Below, one piece after another: positions 10,318 to 22,057 of a stretch of 64,000 bases of DNA. The notes under the pieces are model-generated. The model saw only the letters and a list, made by a program, of their open reading frames with translations. It was not told where the DNA came from and searched no databases. The stretch covers positions 736,001 to 800,000 of the forward strand of contig CAWKKR010000007.1 in the NCBI GenBank assembly GCA_963850305.1, read 5' to 3'. The position numbers and the translations under genes were made by a program. The first letter of the stretch is position 1; each line of letters starts with the position of its first letter. The stretch comes from an uncultured delta proteobacterium (GTDB lineage Bacteria > Myxococcota_A > Polyangia > Polyangiales > Polyangiaceae).

Positions 10318-10668
10318 TTGAAGTTTACGCTGGCTGGCGCATTTCACCCGCCGTCGTCGGTTCTGGACCAGAGGCGGATCCTGGTCAGGTTCGACATGGA
10401 CGACGGCGTAACCGTCCACGCCGAGTCGCTGGCCGAGCGCGCGCTCGCACGGCTTCGGGTCCACGCGCGGTTTCCCGTCGTCGATTACCGGTTCTCGTTT
10501 CTTTCCGATCGAGGCGAGCAACTGGCCCTTCTGGTAACGCACGGATTGGCGCGACCGCGCTGCAGGGCGCTGACCGAACTCTCGGGTACGCTGACAGTCT
10601 CCGGCGGTCCTCTGATTGGTCTGGCTTGCCTGCGCGTCGATTGGCGCCGGAGCCTCCTGGGTCATTAA
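10318..10668 (+). CDS. Hypothetical protein (116 aa)
   Basis: Co-directional ORF filling the gap between the ferredoxin and regulator genes. TTG start uncertain. Confidence 0.5.
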   Translation: MKFTLAGAFHPPSSVLDQRRILVRFDMDDGVTVHAESLAERALARLRVHARFPVVDYRFSFLSDRGEQLALLVTHGLARPRCRALTELSGTLTVSGGPLIGLACLRVDWRRSLLGH

Positions 10669-10688
10669 GCGCAGTAAATGCGGCTTGT

Positions 10689-10732
10689 TGTCAGCTTGAT
10701 GGAAGAATTGTCGAGGCTCTGACATAATGACG
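10689..10732 (+). promoter_or_regulatory. Candidate activator binding sites (TGNCA-N3-TGNCG) just upstream of the regulator start
   Basis: TGTCAgctTGATG at 10689-10701 and TGACAtaaTGACG at 10720-10732. The same motif occurs twice before the gspC promoter. Confidence 0.5.
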
Positions 10733-10734
10733 CC

Positions 10735-12156
10735 ATGAGTGACAGCATGGCTTCAGGGGGCTCCGAGCCCGCAGCTGCTTCCGAGCCCTGGTCGGGAGGC
10801 GCCGGAGGCGACCGCGAGATCACCGTGCTCGTGGTGGACGACGAGCCGAGCAACCTGACGTCGCTCCGAAAAATATTCGAACGCGAGGGCATGCGTGTGC
10901 TGACGGCCGAGAGTGCCAAGGACGCGCTCGAGGCCGCACGCAGACATCGCATCGGGGTGGTCCTGACGGATCTGATGATGCCGGGTGCGAACGGCGTGGA
11001 GTTGCTCCGCGCAATGAAGGAGATCGCGCCGGACACGGAAGTGGTTCTCATGACCGCCTACGGGACCGTCGAGACCGCCGTCCAGGCAATGCGCGAGGGG
11101 GCGTACGACTTCGTCGAGAAACCATTGAAGCGCATGAACATCGTCAAGAGTGTTCAGAAGGCGGCCGAGCGCCAGTCGCTCGTCGCGGAGAACCGCTCGC
11201 TGAAGCAAGAGCTCAGGCTCCTCACCACGCGGGAAATCGTCGGTCAGAGCCCGGCCCTGCGCCACGTCCTCGACGTCGCGGTACAGGCCGCGCCGTCGAC
11301 GGCCACCGTGCTGATTCTCGGCGAGAGCGGGACGGGCAAGGAGCTCATCGCGCGGTACATCCATTCCAAGAGCGCGCGCGCGCCGGGACCATTCGTGGCG
11401 GTCAATTGCGCCGCGATTCCCGAGACGATCCTCGAAGCGGAGCTCTTCGGTCACGAACGCGGAGCGTTCACGGGCGCCGTCGGACGTCGCGAAGGGCGTT
11501 TCGCTCGCGCACGCGGAGGTACGTTGTTCTTGGATGAGATTGGCGAGCTCACGCCGTCCGTTCAGGTGAAGCTCCTGCGCGTGATCCAGGAGGGCGAGTA
11601 CGAGCCCGTGGGCGGCAACCCCGTGCGCGCTGACGTGCGGCTCCTCGCTGCGACGAACCGTGATCTCACTGCCGAGGTCGAAGCGGGACGCTTCCGTGAA
11701 GATCTCTACTACCGGCTGAACGTCATCGCCGTCACGGCGCCTCCGCTCCGTGCGCGCCGCGAGGACATCGCGCTGCTCATCGATCATTTCCTCGGCATCT
11801 ATTGCCGGAAGAACGGTCGTGCGCGCCTGGACGTTCATCGCGAGGCGATGGTCAAGTTGCTCGACTACAGCTGGCCGGGGAACGTGCGGGAGCTCGAGAA
11901 CGTCATCGAGCGTTCCGCGGTGCTCTGTCGCTCCGACACGATCCGTCTCGAGGATTTGCCCGAAGTGGTCGCGCAAGCGAGCGCGCCGTCCCCGTCGACA
12001 TTGTCCTTTCCCATCGGGATGACGCTCGACGACGTCGAGTCAAGGATGATCCGCGAAACGCTTCGCCACACCTCCGGGGACAAGTCGCTCGCGGCGCAGC
12101 TCCTCGGCATTTCGACGCGCACCATCTACCGCAAGCTCGGCGAAGCCGGCGGTTGA
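10735..12156 (+). CDS. Sigma-54-dependent response regulator (NtrC/PilR family enhancer-binding protein)
   Basis: Receiver domain (VVDDE, TDLMMP), AAA+ GESGTGKE, GAFTGA, FLDEIGE, WPGNVRELEN, C-terminal Fis HTH. Confidence 0.97.
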   Translation: MSDSMASGGSEPAAASEPWSGGAGGDREITVLVVDDEPSNLTSLRKIFEREGMRVLTAESAKDALEAARRHRIGVVLTDLMMPGANGVELLRAMKEIAPDTEVVLMTAYGTVETAVQAMREGAYDFVEKPLKRMNIVKSVQKAAERQSLVAENRSLKQELRLLTTREIVGQSPALRHVLDVAVQAAPSTATVLILGESGTGKELIARYIHSKSARAPGPFVAVNCAAIPETILEAELFGHERGAFTGAVGRREGRFARARGGTLFLDEIGELTPSVQVKLLRVIQEGEYEPVGGNPVRADVRLLAATNRDLTAEVEAGRFREDLYYRLNVIAVTAPPLRARREDIALLIDHFLGIYCRKNGRARLDVHREAMVKLLDYSWPGNVRELENVIERSAVLCRSDTIRLEDLPEVVAQASAPSPSTLSFPIGMTLDDVESRMIRETLRHTSGDKSLAAQLLGISTRTIYRKLGEAGG

Positions 12157-12170
12157 ACGCAATCATGCGA

Positions 12171-12223
12171 TGCCAAATTGTCGCCGCGCGGGCTCCCGAA
12201 CCCAAGGGCTTGCCACCTTGGCG
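12171..12223 (+). promoter_or_regulatory. Candidate upstream activator sequences for the T2SS promoter
   Basis: TGCCAaatTGTCG at 12171-12183 and TGCCAcctTGGCG at 12211-12223, 40 bp apart and ~65-115 bp upstream of the -24 box. Confidence 0.55.
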
Positions 12224-12286
12224 CGCGCCCCAGCTCGATTTCGTCTCTAACCGCTGCAAATCACGAAGAGTTTCCGCTTTGACGTC

Positions 12287-12302
12287 TGGCACGCGTCTCG
12301 CT
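12287..12302 (+). promoter_or_regulatory. Sigma-54 (-24/-12) promoter of the gsp operon
   Basis: TGGCACG-CGTC-TCGCT with exact GG-N10-GC spacing, 20 bp before the gspC ATG. Confidence 0.8.
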
Positions 12303-12322
12303 TAGAACGCGCCGAGCGAACA

Positions 12323-13287
12323 ATGGCCTTGGACGCGCTTGCTAAGAGATTTTCCCGGGTCTCGTCCTGTCGTTGATCGCGATCGCCGCCTACTTCCAAG
12401 CGTCCGGATTGATGCAACTGGTCACGAACTCGTACTTTGACCGCGGCGGTTCCGACGTTCCGGAAGCGTCAGCGGTAAAGCAAGCGGCATCGAGCGAGTC
12501 GGAGGAGCCCAAGAGCGCGGAGCCGATCCTTTCGCGCAACCCGTTCGACTCCGTGACAGGGCCGCTCAACAAGGTCGCAGAAACAGAAGAAGAAGGGGCG
12601 GCGCCCGAGGCCGAAAAGGTCGATTTATCGAATCCGCTCAACTCCCCGGTGTGCGACGGCATCACGGCGCACGCGGTCACGGAGTCCACCGATCCGACGT
12701 GGTCGGTCGCGCTGCTTCAGGGAACCGGCGACACGATGGCCAAGCTGCGCCGTGTCGGTGACGCGATGGGCGACAAGCAGGTTGCGTACATCGGGTTCAA
12801 TCCCACGCGGAACAGCCCATCCGTTTGGCTCACCGGTGGAGCCACGCTGTGCCAGGTGTTGTTGTTCGCGCCCCCGGCGCCCGTGGCGAAGCCCGACGAG
12901 CCGAAGCCGAAGGTGGAGCCAGGCGGCGTTCCAGACGACATCGCGAAGCGCATTCAGAAGATCAGCGACACCGAGTTTCACATCGACCGCGCGGTCGTCG
13001 ACAACATCCTCGAAAATCAGGCGCAGCTGATGCGTACGGCGCGCATCGTCCCCGAGCAGAAGGACGGGAAGGTCGTCGGGATCCGCCTCTTCGGGATCCG
13101 TCCGGAAACGTTGCTCGGAAAGCTCGGACTGCAGAACGGCGACCGACTCGAGGCCATCAACGGTTTCGACATGGCGAGTCCGGAGAAAGCACTCGAAGCC
13201 TACGCGCGGCTCCGTACCGCCGACGACCTTGCCGTCAAGATCACCCGTCGCGGATCGCCCGTGACGATCGACTTCAAGATTCAGTAA
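12323..13287 (+). CDS. gspC: Type II secretion protein GspC with PDZ domain (1-nt frameshift in T run 12350-12353)
   Basis: ATG 12323 (MALDALAKRF) joins FPGLVLSLIAIAAYFQ if one T is added. C-terminal PDZ ARIVP..GIRLFGIRP..LGLQNGD. Confidence 0.88.
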
Positions 13288-13291
13288 CACC

Positions 13292-15785
13292 ATGCCCACG
13301 AAACGATCTTGCTCCCTTGTCGCGGGCGTCTTGGCGTTCACGGTTGCCGCGCGCGCGTTCGCCCAGGCGCCTCCGCTGCGCGCTCAGACCCGACCCGCCG
13401 TCGTCCGCTCTCCGCGAAACGTGGGCGCGTCTCAAGCGCCCTCGCCGGTCATCGCGGCCCCTGGGGCTGCACCCGCACCGCCCGCGCCGGAATCGCCTGC
13501 CGATCTCGAACCACCGGGTGCGAGTAGTCCACCGCCTGCTTCGATGGACTCGATCGCGAAGGCCCTGGACGTGCCGTACCGTCCCAAGCCCGGGGGCACG
13601 CTCGTCAAATTCAACCTGGAAGATGCGGACCTCGCAGAACTGGTGAACCACATCAGCGGACTCACCGGGAAGCGCTTCATCTACGGATCGAAGGTCCGTC
13701 AGGTGAAGGTCACGGTCGTGTCGCCGACTCCCGTGACCATCGACGAAGCGTACGAGGCGTTCCTCTCGATCCTCGACGCAAACGGGATGACCATCGTGCC
13801 GCACGGACGCTTTCTGAAGATCGTCGACACCGGCGGTATCGCATCGGACACGACGCCCATCTACGATCGCGGCGAACCGCTGCCCGACACGGATCGATTC
13901 GTGACGCGGTTGTATCGCCTGCACAGCACGTCGGCGACCGAGGCGTCGAACCTGCTCGGCAAGTTCAAGAGCAAGGAGGGAGATATCTCCGTGTACGAGC
14001 CTGGCTCGTTGCTCATCATCACCGATCGCGCGGACAACATTCAGCGGATGGTCCGGATCCTCGAGGAAATAGACGTAGGCGGCGCAGGCACGTCGATGTG
14101 GATCGAGCCGATTCACTATGGCTCGGCCGCCGACATGGCAAAGCAGTTCAACGACCTCTTCGATCTCAACCAACCGGGGGGCGCCAAGGGTGCCCCTGGG
14201 CTCATGAAGGTAATTCCCGACGACAAAACGAACTCGCTCATCATCGTGGGGACCGAAGACGCTTACACGAAGCTCCTCGAACTCCTGAAGCGCGTCGATC
14301 TGGCCCCTGCGGCATCCGGGAAGATCCGGGTGTTGCCGCTCCAGCATGCGGTCGCGGAAGAGCTTGCGGCAACGATGACGCAGATGCTTTCCGGCGCGAA
14401 GTCCACGTCGAATCAGAACAAACCGGGAGCGCCGGCTCCGGTGTTCGAGGGTGACGTGCGCGTGGTGGCGGACAAGGCCACGAACTCGCTCGTCGTCACG
14501 TCCTCGGCGCGCGACTACGCGCAGATCCGTCTCGTGGTCGATCAGCTGGATCGCGCCCGCCGTCAGGTGTTCATCGATGCGGTCATCATGGATGTCTCGG
14601 TCGAACGAACGATGGATCTTGGTCTTGCCTTCCACGGCGGCGCCACCGAGGATCTCGGCGGCGGCGGCGACACCGTACTGCTCGGTGGTCTCGACCCGCT
14701 CAAATCCGTCGCGCCAACGGACCCGACCCAGCTCCAGGGACTCGCCCTCGGTGTCCGCGGGCCCGACCTTCCGAATAGCGCCAACACTTTTCCAGGCCTG
14801 TCCGGGCTCTCGATTCCGGCGTTCGGCGTCGTGCTCAATGCGATCGCGACGAGCGGCGATTCGAACGTTCTCTCGACGCCACACATCATCGCGACGGACA
14901 ACACGCCCGCGGAGATCAATATCGGTGAGAACATCGCGCTGCAGCAGAACGTGGGTGGGCTGCCGAGTCTCGGCGGTCTCGGAGCGACGGGTGCAGCGGG
15001 TGGCCTCGGCGCGCTCGGCGCGCTCGGTGGTCTCGGGCCTCGGGGGTTTCGGAGCGGCGCAACGCCACGACGTCGGCACGCACATCAAGGTGACGCCCCA
15101 CATCAACGCGACCGACCAGGTTAGACTGGAAATCCAGGAGGAAATCAGCGAGGCTGGTGCGCCAGCCGGTGCGCTCGGCGTGGTTCCCATCATTCAGCGC
15201 CGCGCGAACACGACGCTCATCGTGGACGATCAACAGACGGTCGTCATCGGCGGCCTGATCAGCGACACGATCACGAAGTCTTCGGAAAAGATCCCCGTGC
15301 TCGGGGATCTGCCCGTGCTCGGGTTTCTCTTCCGCTCGACGAAGAACGACAGAAAAAAGACGAATCTTTTACTCATTCTCACGCCGTACGTGATCCGGGA
15401 TCAAGAAGACCTCCGGAAAGTCTTCGAGCGGAAGATGCAGGAGCGGCAGGAGTTCTTGGATCGGTATTTCGTATTCGAGGGCGAATGGCAGGCGCCGCGC
15501 GATTATTCGCGCACGAACGGGCTCGTGGAGGACATCCGGCAATCCTACGCCGCGCTTGCCGAGCAGCTCCGGCTCGAAGCAGAGAGCGAGCCGGTCGACA
15601 AGGGTGGACACGAGCCGTCAGCGCCCATCGACGTGCCCAGCGAAGTGAAGGGTGGGACGAGCAGGCCGGGAGGGACCCGGCCGCGGCCCGCAACGCCCCG
15701 GCGCGCGCGCCCCGCCTCGGAGTACGAGTCGCCGATCCGCATCAATCCCATCGCCCGTAGCGTGAACATCGAAAGGATGGAGTGA
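13292..15785 (+). CDS. gspD: Type II secretion secretin GspD (1-nt frameshift near 15035-15037)
   Basis: N-domains and RQVFIDAVIMDV in ORF 13292..15124. Secretin C-terminus DVGTHIKVTPHIN..KIPVLGDLPVLGFLF..LLILTPYVI in the next frame, ending at 15785. Confidence 0.93.
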
Positions 15786-15788
15786 CAC

Positions 15789-17558
<1,770 letters not shown>

Positions 17559-17559
17559 A

Positions 17560-18789
17560 ATGGCCGTCTTCGAGTACCGCGGGATTCAGGTCGGCAGCGG
17601 AAAGGCCGTCAAGGGCTACCGCGACGCGGACAATCAAAAGGTGCTTCGCGCGCTGCTCCGCAAGGACGGCATTCTTCTCACGCTGGCGCAGGAGGAGACC
17701 GCGGAACGCGTCAAGTCGCAGGGCAAGGAGATCGACCTCTTCGCCGTCTTTCGTCGTGCAAACACCGCGGACGTCGCCGTGATGACGCGACAGCTCGCGA
17801 CGCTGGTACGTGCGGGGGTTCCGCTGGTCGATTCGATCAGCGCCCTCGTGGATCAGGTCGAGAAAGAGCAACTGGTGCGCGTTCTGACGGCCGTGCGCGA
17901 GACTCTGAAGAGCGGGACGAGCTTCGCCAAGTGTCTCGAGGCACACCCGAAGGTGTTTCCGAATCTCTACGTGAACATGGTGGCGGCCGGCGAGGCGTCG
18001 GGCACGCTGGAGGCCGTGCTCGACCGGCTAGCGGACTTCATGGAGGGCCAGGCCCGGCTGAAAGGCAAGGTCACGGCAGCGCTGGCGTACCCGGTGCTGA
18101 TGATGTTCATCGGCATCGTCATGGTGAGCGTGCTGATGGTCGCCGTCGTGCCGAAGGTGGTCAGCATATTCGACAATCTCGGGCAAGAGCTGCCCTGGTA
18201 CACGCGACTTCTCATTTTCGTCTCGAACGTGTTCGGTAGCTACTGGTGGCTGATCATTCTCACGGTGGTCGGAGGCATCTGGTATTTTCGCAGATGGATC
18301 CGCACGCCCTCGGGTCGGCTGCGGTGGGACACGTTCATTCTTCGGGTACCCATCTTCGGGCGGCTCAACCTCCTGGTCGCGGTCGCTCGATTTTCGAGGA
18401 CGCTCTCCACGCTTCTCGCGAGCGGCGTTCAGCTGCTCACCGCGATGAACATCGTGAAGAACGTGCTTGGAAACGCGCTGCTGGAGTCCGTTGTTTCGAC
18501 CGCAATCAGCTCGATTCGAGAGGGGGAGAGCATCGCCGAGCCGCTCAAGCGGAGCGGGGAATTCCCACCCATGGTGACGCACATGATCGCCGTCGGCGAG
18601 AAGACCGGTCAGCTCGAACAGATGCTCGACAACGTCAGCCGTGCTTATGAAGCGGACGTGGAAACGAAGGTTGTCGCGCTGACGAGCCTGTTGGAACCGT
18701 TGATGATCATGCTCCTGGGTGGCGTCGTGGGTTTCATCGCCATGGCGATATTGATGCCCCTCATTCAGATGAATCAGCTGGTGCAGTGA
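17560..18789 (+). CDS. gspF: Type II secretion platform protein GspF
   Basis: TRQLATLVRAGVPL, AGEASGTL, ALAYP, GEKTGQL, LLEP. Confidence 0.96.
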   Translation: MAVFEYRGIQVGSGKAVKGYRDADNQKVLRALLRKDGILLTLAQEETAERVKSQGKEIDLFAVFRRANTADVAVMTRQLATLVRAGVPLVDSISALVDQVEKEQLVRVLTAVRETLKSGTSFAKCLEAHPKVFPNLYVNMVAAGEASGTLEAVLDRLADFMEGQARLKGKVTAALAYPVLMMFIGIVMVSVLMVAVVPKVVSIFDNLGQELPWYTRLLIFVSNVFGSYWWLIILTVVGGIWYFRRWIRTPSGRLRWDTFILRVPIFGRLNLLVAVARFSRTLSTLLASGVQLLTAMNIVKNVLGNALLESVVSTAISSIREGESIAEPLKRSGEFPPMVTHMIAVGEKTGQLEQMLDNVSRAYEADVETKVVALTSLLEPLMIMLLGGVVGFIAMAILMPLIQMNQLVQ

Positions 18790-19202
18790 TGGCAAAGCGG
18801 AGGCGAACCGAACGTCATATTCTCTTTCCGTGGGAACGGCGCGGTGGGCTCCTGCGCCGGATCCGGATCGATCAAGCCGGACCATTCCTCGCGGTGATGG
18901 GAGCGGTGTCTCTGGTCGCGCTGGTCGGCATGCACGAGCGTCGGGAGTCGGGAATTCGTCGCACGCACGCGACACTCTTGAACGTCCGGAACGCGGTCGA
19001 TTCCTACATGGCGGATCACGACGGCGGATGCCCCGCGGCGGGGCTCGACGGGCTCGGTAGCTACGCTAATTTCGAAGGAGCGCCGCGGGATGCCTGGGGC
19101 AAACCACTCAGGCTCGAGTGTCCGGGTTCTGACAACGCACGCTACGACCTGTCCAGCGACGGCCCTGACGGACGTCCTGGGGGCCTCGACCGAATCGAGT
19201 GA
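18789..19202 (+). CDS. GspG-like protein (T2SSG globular domain) lacking a canonical prepilin cleavage motif
   Basis: One TM segment; PRDAWGKP and LSSDGPDGRPGG motifs. No G|FTLxE. Confidence 0.75.
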   Translation: MAKRRRTERHILFPWERRGGLLRRIRIDQAGPFLAVMGAVSLVALVGMHERRESGIRRTHATLLNVRNAVDSYMADHDGGCPAAGLDGLGSYANFEGAPRDAWGKPLRLECPGSDNARYDLSSDGPDGRPGGLDRIE

Positions 19203-19215
19203 AAGAGAGAAGCAG

Positions 19216-19620
19216 ATGAACCAAAGAAATTTCAGGAAGGCTCTCGAACGCGGCGTCACGCTGGTCGAGGTTCTCATCGTCGTCGCGATCATCGCGATGG
19301 TCGCGAGCGGCGTCGCCGTGTTCGCGCTACCGAAGTACAAACAGGCACAAGTGCAGGAAGCCGAGACTGGCGCACGAGTGATTCGCGGAGCGATCCAGAA
19401 CTGGCAGCGGGTCAACAACGACTCGACGTGCCCAACCATGAGCCAGCTCGTGCAGGAGAAGGAGATCGACTCTGCGACGTCGAACGTCGATCCCTGGAAC
19501 CAGCCATACATTCTGACTTGTACCGACGACGACGTGATCGTCGGTTCCGACGGTCCCGACAAGAAGCACGGCACGGCGGACGATATCCGGGTTCCGAAGG
19601 CCACCGTGTCGGGCCAATGA
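19216..19620 (+). CDS. gspG: Major pseudopilin GspG
   Basis: RG|VTLVEVLIVVAII, DPWNQPY, SDGPDKKHGTADDI. ATG at 19216. Confidence 0.85.
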   Translation: MNQRNFRKALERGVTLVEVLIVVAIIAMVASGVAVFALPKYKQAQVQEAETGARVIRGAIQNWQRVNNDSTCPTMSQLVQEKEIDSATSNVDPWNQPYILTCTDDDVIVGSDGPDKKHGTADDIRVPKATVSGQ

Positions 19621-19641
19621 GGTTCGCACGAGGGTGACGTC

Positions 19642-20379
19642 ATGCTCGACCAGCGAACGAATGCACGCGGTTTGCCCGAGAAATCTGGCGAACGCGCGTT
19701 CACGCTCGTGGAGATCCTGGTCGTCATCATGCTCGTCGCACTTCTGGCGGGAACCATCATTTCGGGTTCGGGGATGCTCGCGAGTAATCGCCTGCGCTCG
19801 GCGGCGGGACTCATCGTCACCGCCGTGCGCATCGCGATCACGCGCTCGAACACCCAGGGGCGCCCCGTTCGCTTGACCTTCGACATCGATGGCGGACGTC
19901 TGCTGCTGGAGGAGACGACGGGGCGCATGCTCCGCGTCAAGGAGACGTCCGACAGCAAGGCGACGGAGGGCGCGGCGGCCGGTGCGGATCCGGCGACGGC
20001 AGCGGAGCGGGAAGCGACGGAATACGCCGACGGGATCGTGAAGGGCCCGCGCGCGCCGAGGGCAAAGTTCAAGGCGGTCCCCCTCGGCGTCGCGAACGAG
20101 GACGCCGGCAAGGGACGAGCTCTCGGTCGCGGAATTCACTTCCGGATGGTCCAGACGGAACACGATCTCAAGCCGCGCGACTCGGGGCGCGCCTACTTGT
20201 ACTTCTGGCCCGGCGGAGGGACGGAGCGTGCAGTCGTACAACTCGAGCGAACGGGGAGTGACGGTGTGCTGTCGGTCGTGGTGAGCCCGCTCACCGGCCG
20301 CGCCGTGATTCAGCGTGGCGAGGCGGAGCTGCCAGCGCAGCGAAAAGACGAGTCGTTCGGCATGCAGGGAAACCTATGA
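19642..20379 (+). CDS. gspH: Minor pseudopilin GspH
   Basis: RA|FTLVEILVV; position after gspG. Confidence 0.8.
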   Translation: MLDQRTNARGLPEKSGERAFTLVEILVVIMLVALLAGTIISGSGMLASNRLRSAAGLIVTAVRIAITRSNTQGRPVRLTFDIDGGRLLLEETTGRMLRVKETSDSKATEGAAAGADPATAAEREATEYADGIVKGPRAPRAKFKAVPLGVANEDAGKGRALGRGIHFRMVQTEHDLKPRDSGRAYLYFWPGGGTERAVVQLERTGSDGVLSVVVSPLTGRAVIQRGEAELPAQRKDESFGMQGNL

Positions 20380-21338
20380 GAGCAGGGACCAGGGGTTTCA
20401 CGCTGCTCGAGGTGCTCGTCGCCATCGCGATTCTCGGGCTCGGGATGACGTCGATCCTTTCGGCCCAGGCCGGGCTCTTCGCGAGTTCGTCTTACGCCGA
20501 GCGAGTCAGTCTCTCGATCGGGATGGTGCGCTGCAAGATGAGCGAGCTCGAGCTGAAGCTCGCGAAGGAAGGGTATCCGCTCATCGACACGAAGGACGAA
20601 GGACCCTGTTGCGGCGACGATCCGGTCCCAGGATACAGTTGCAAATGGAAGATCGAGAAGGTGGAGCTGCCGCCTCCGCCACTCAGCGGTGATCTGTCGA
20701 GCAAGATGAGCTCGCTCGGCAGCGGCTCGGGGCCCGGCGCGCTCGGCTCGCTCGGCGCGATCGCCGCGGTCGGGCAAAGCGGGGGAGCCGTGCTCGGGAA
20801 CGGTGCCGGCATCTCGGACATTTCGCGACTCTTCGCCGGTGAATCGCCTCTCGGCGGCGGGTCCAGTGGATTCGGCACCGCGCCCGGGATCAGCGACCCG
20901 AGTCTCCTGGGGAATGGGTCGCCGTCACCGACAACCGCACCGACGGACTTCGGGAGCACGCCGTTTGGTTCCTCGGCGTTCGGCCAGACCGTGCCAGGCA
21001 CGACCCCGCTCGGCGCCGTGGCCCCTGCTGGCGGTGGCCTTCTGGGTGGAACGACTCCCATGACGAGCGGCACCGGCGCGCTAGCCCCCCTCGTAATGAG
21101 CCTGGTCTATCCGACGCTGAAGCCGATGCTCGAAGCGAGCATCCGCAAGGTGACGGTCACCGTCACGTGGAAAGAAGGCAGAAAGTCGCGGGATCTCGAG
21201 ATCGTGCAGTTCGTCACCAATCCGCAGCAGGGCGGCATCGATCCGAACGCCATGCAAGGCATGGACTCGATCATGGGCATGCTCGGCCCGATGCTCGGCG
21301 GCATGTCGGGCGCCGCGACCGGGGGAACGACCAAATGA
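20376..21338 (+). CDS. gspI: Minor pseudopilin GspI with a long Gly/Ser/Pro insertion
   Basis: RG|FTLLEVLVAIAI; C-terminal IRKVTVTVTW strand. Confidence 0.8.
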   Translation: MRAGTRGFTLLEVLVAIAILGLGMTSILSAQAGLFASSSYAERVSLSIGMVRCKMSELELKLAKEGYPLIDTKDEGPCCGDDPVPGYSCKWKIEKVELPPPPLSGDLSSKMSSLGSGSGPGALGSLGAIAAVGQSGGAVLGNGAGISDISRLFAGESPLGGGSSGFGTAPGISDPSLLGNGSPSPTTAPTDFGSTPFGSSAFGQTVPGTTPLGAVAPAGGGLLGGTTPMTSGTGALAPLVMSLVYPTLKPMLEASIRKVTVTVTWKEGRKSRDLEIVQFVTNPQQGGIDPNAMQGMDSIMGMLGPMLGGMSGAATGGTTK

Positions 21339-22057
21339 CTCGTTCTCGCCTCCCACGTCGCGCGCAAAATAGCGGTTTCACGCTCATCGAGCTCCTCATC
21401 GCAACGGGCGTGCTCGCGGCGATCTGCGTCCTCATTTACACGGCGTTCGCCGGCATGCGAAGCAGCAAGGAGGGAGTCGAGCGCATCGACGATCGTTATC
21501 ACGAAGGTCGCGAAGCATTGCGCCGGATCACTCGCGAGCTGTCGAGCGCGTACATCTCTCTTCACCGGCCGCTCGATCCGACCTTGCTCGTGGTGAAGAC
21601 CGAGTTCGTCGGAACACGCGGGTCGCCCGCGGACCGACTCGACTTCAACTCATTCTCGAACCGACGGTTCGACCGGAACTCGCATGAGTCCGATCAGTGC
21701 GAGCTGTCGTATTTCGGATCGCAGGATCCGAACGATTCCGGCGTGACGGATCTGGTCCGCCGCATCAGCGTGCGGCCCGACGCAAAGCCCGACAAGGGTG
21801 GGCGCATCGACGTCATCGCGTCGGATATCGACCTGTTCAAACTCAAGTATCTGGACCCGCTGACGGGCCAGTGGGCGGAGACCTGGGACTCGACGGACAC
21901 GATCACACACACGAACCAGCTGCCCATCTACGTCTGGGTGCGGCTCGTTCTGAACGGCGGACGACGCGGCTTCATCGGACGCGGCCAGGGGACGCTGCGA
22001 TTCGAGACGAAGGTTCCCATCCCCATGTACCAGCCGCTGAGCTTCGCGATCGAATGA
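21335..22057 (+). CDS. gspJ: Minor pseudopilin GspJ
   Basis: ATG at 21335; SG|FTLIELLIA, WAETWDS, LPIYVWVRL. Confidence 0.85.
   Translation: MTRSRLPRRAQNSGFTLIELLIATGVLAAICVLIYTAFAGMRSSKEGVERIDDRYHEGREALRRITRELSSAYISLHRPLDPTLLVVKTEFVGTRGSPADRLDFNSFSNRRFDRNSHESDQCELSYFGSQDPNDSGVTDLVRRISVRPDAKPDKGGRIDVIASDIDLFKLKYLDPLTGQWAETWDSTDTITHTNQLPIYVWVRLVLNGGRRGFIGRGQGTLRFETKVPIPMYQPLSFAIE

Noticed and set aside
12350..15047. Phase variation or programmed frameshifting in gspC and gspD
   Set aside because: The breaks are in very short runs (T4, G3), and similar single-base indels occur throughout the window. Sequencing error is more parsimonious.
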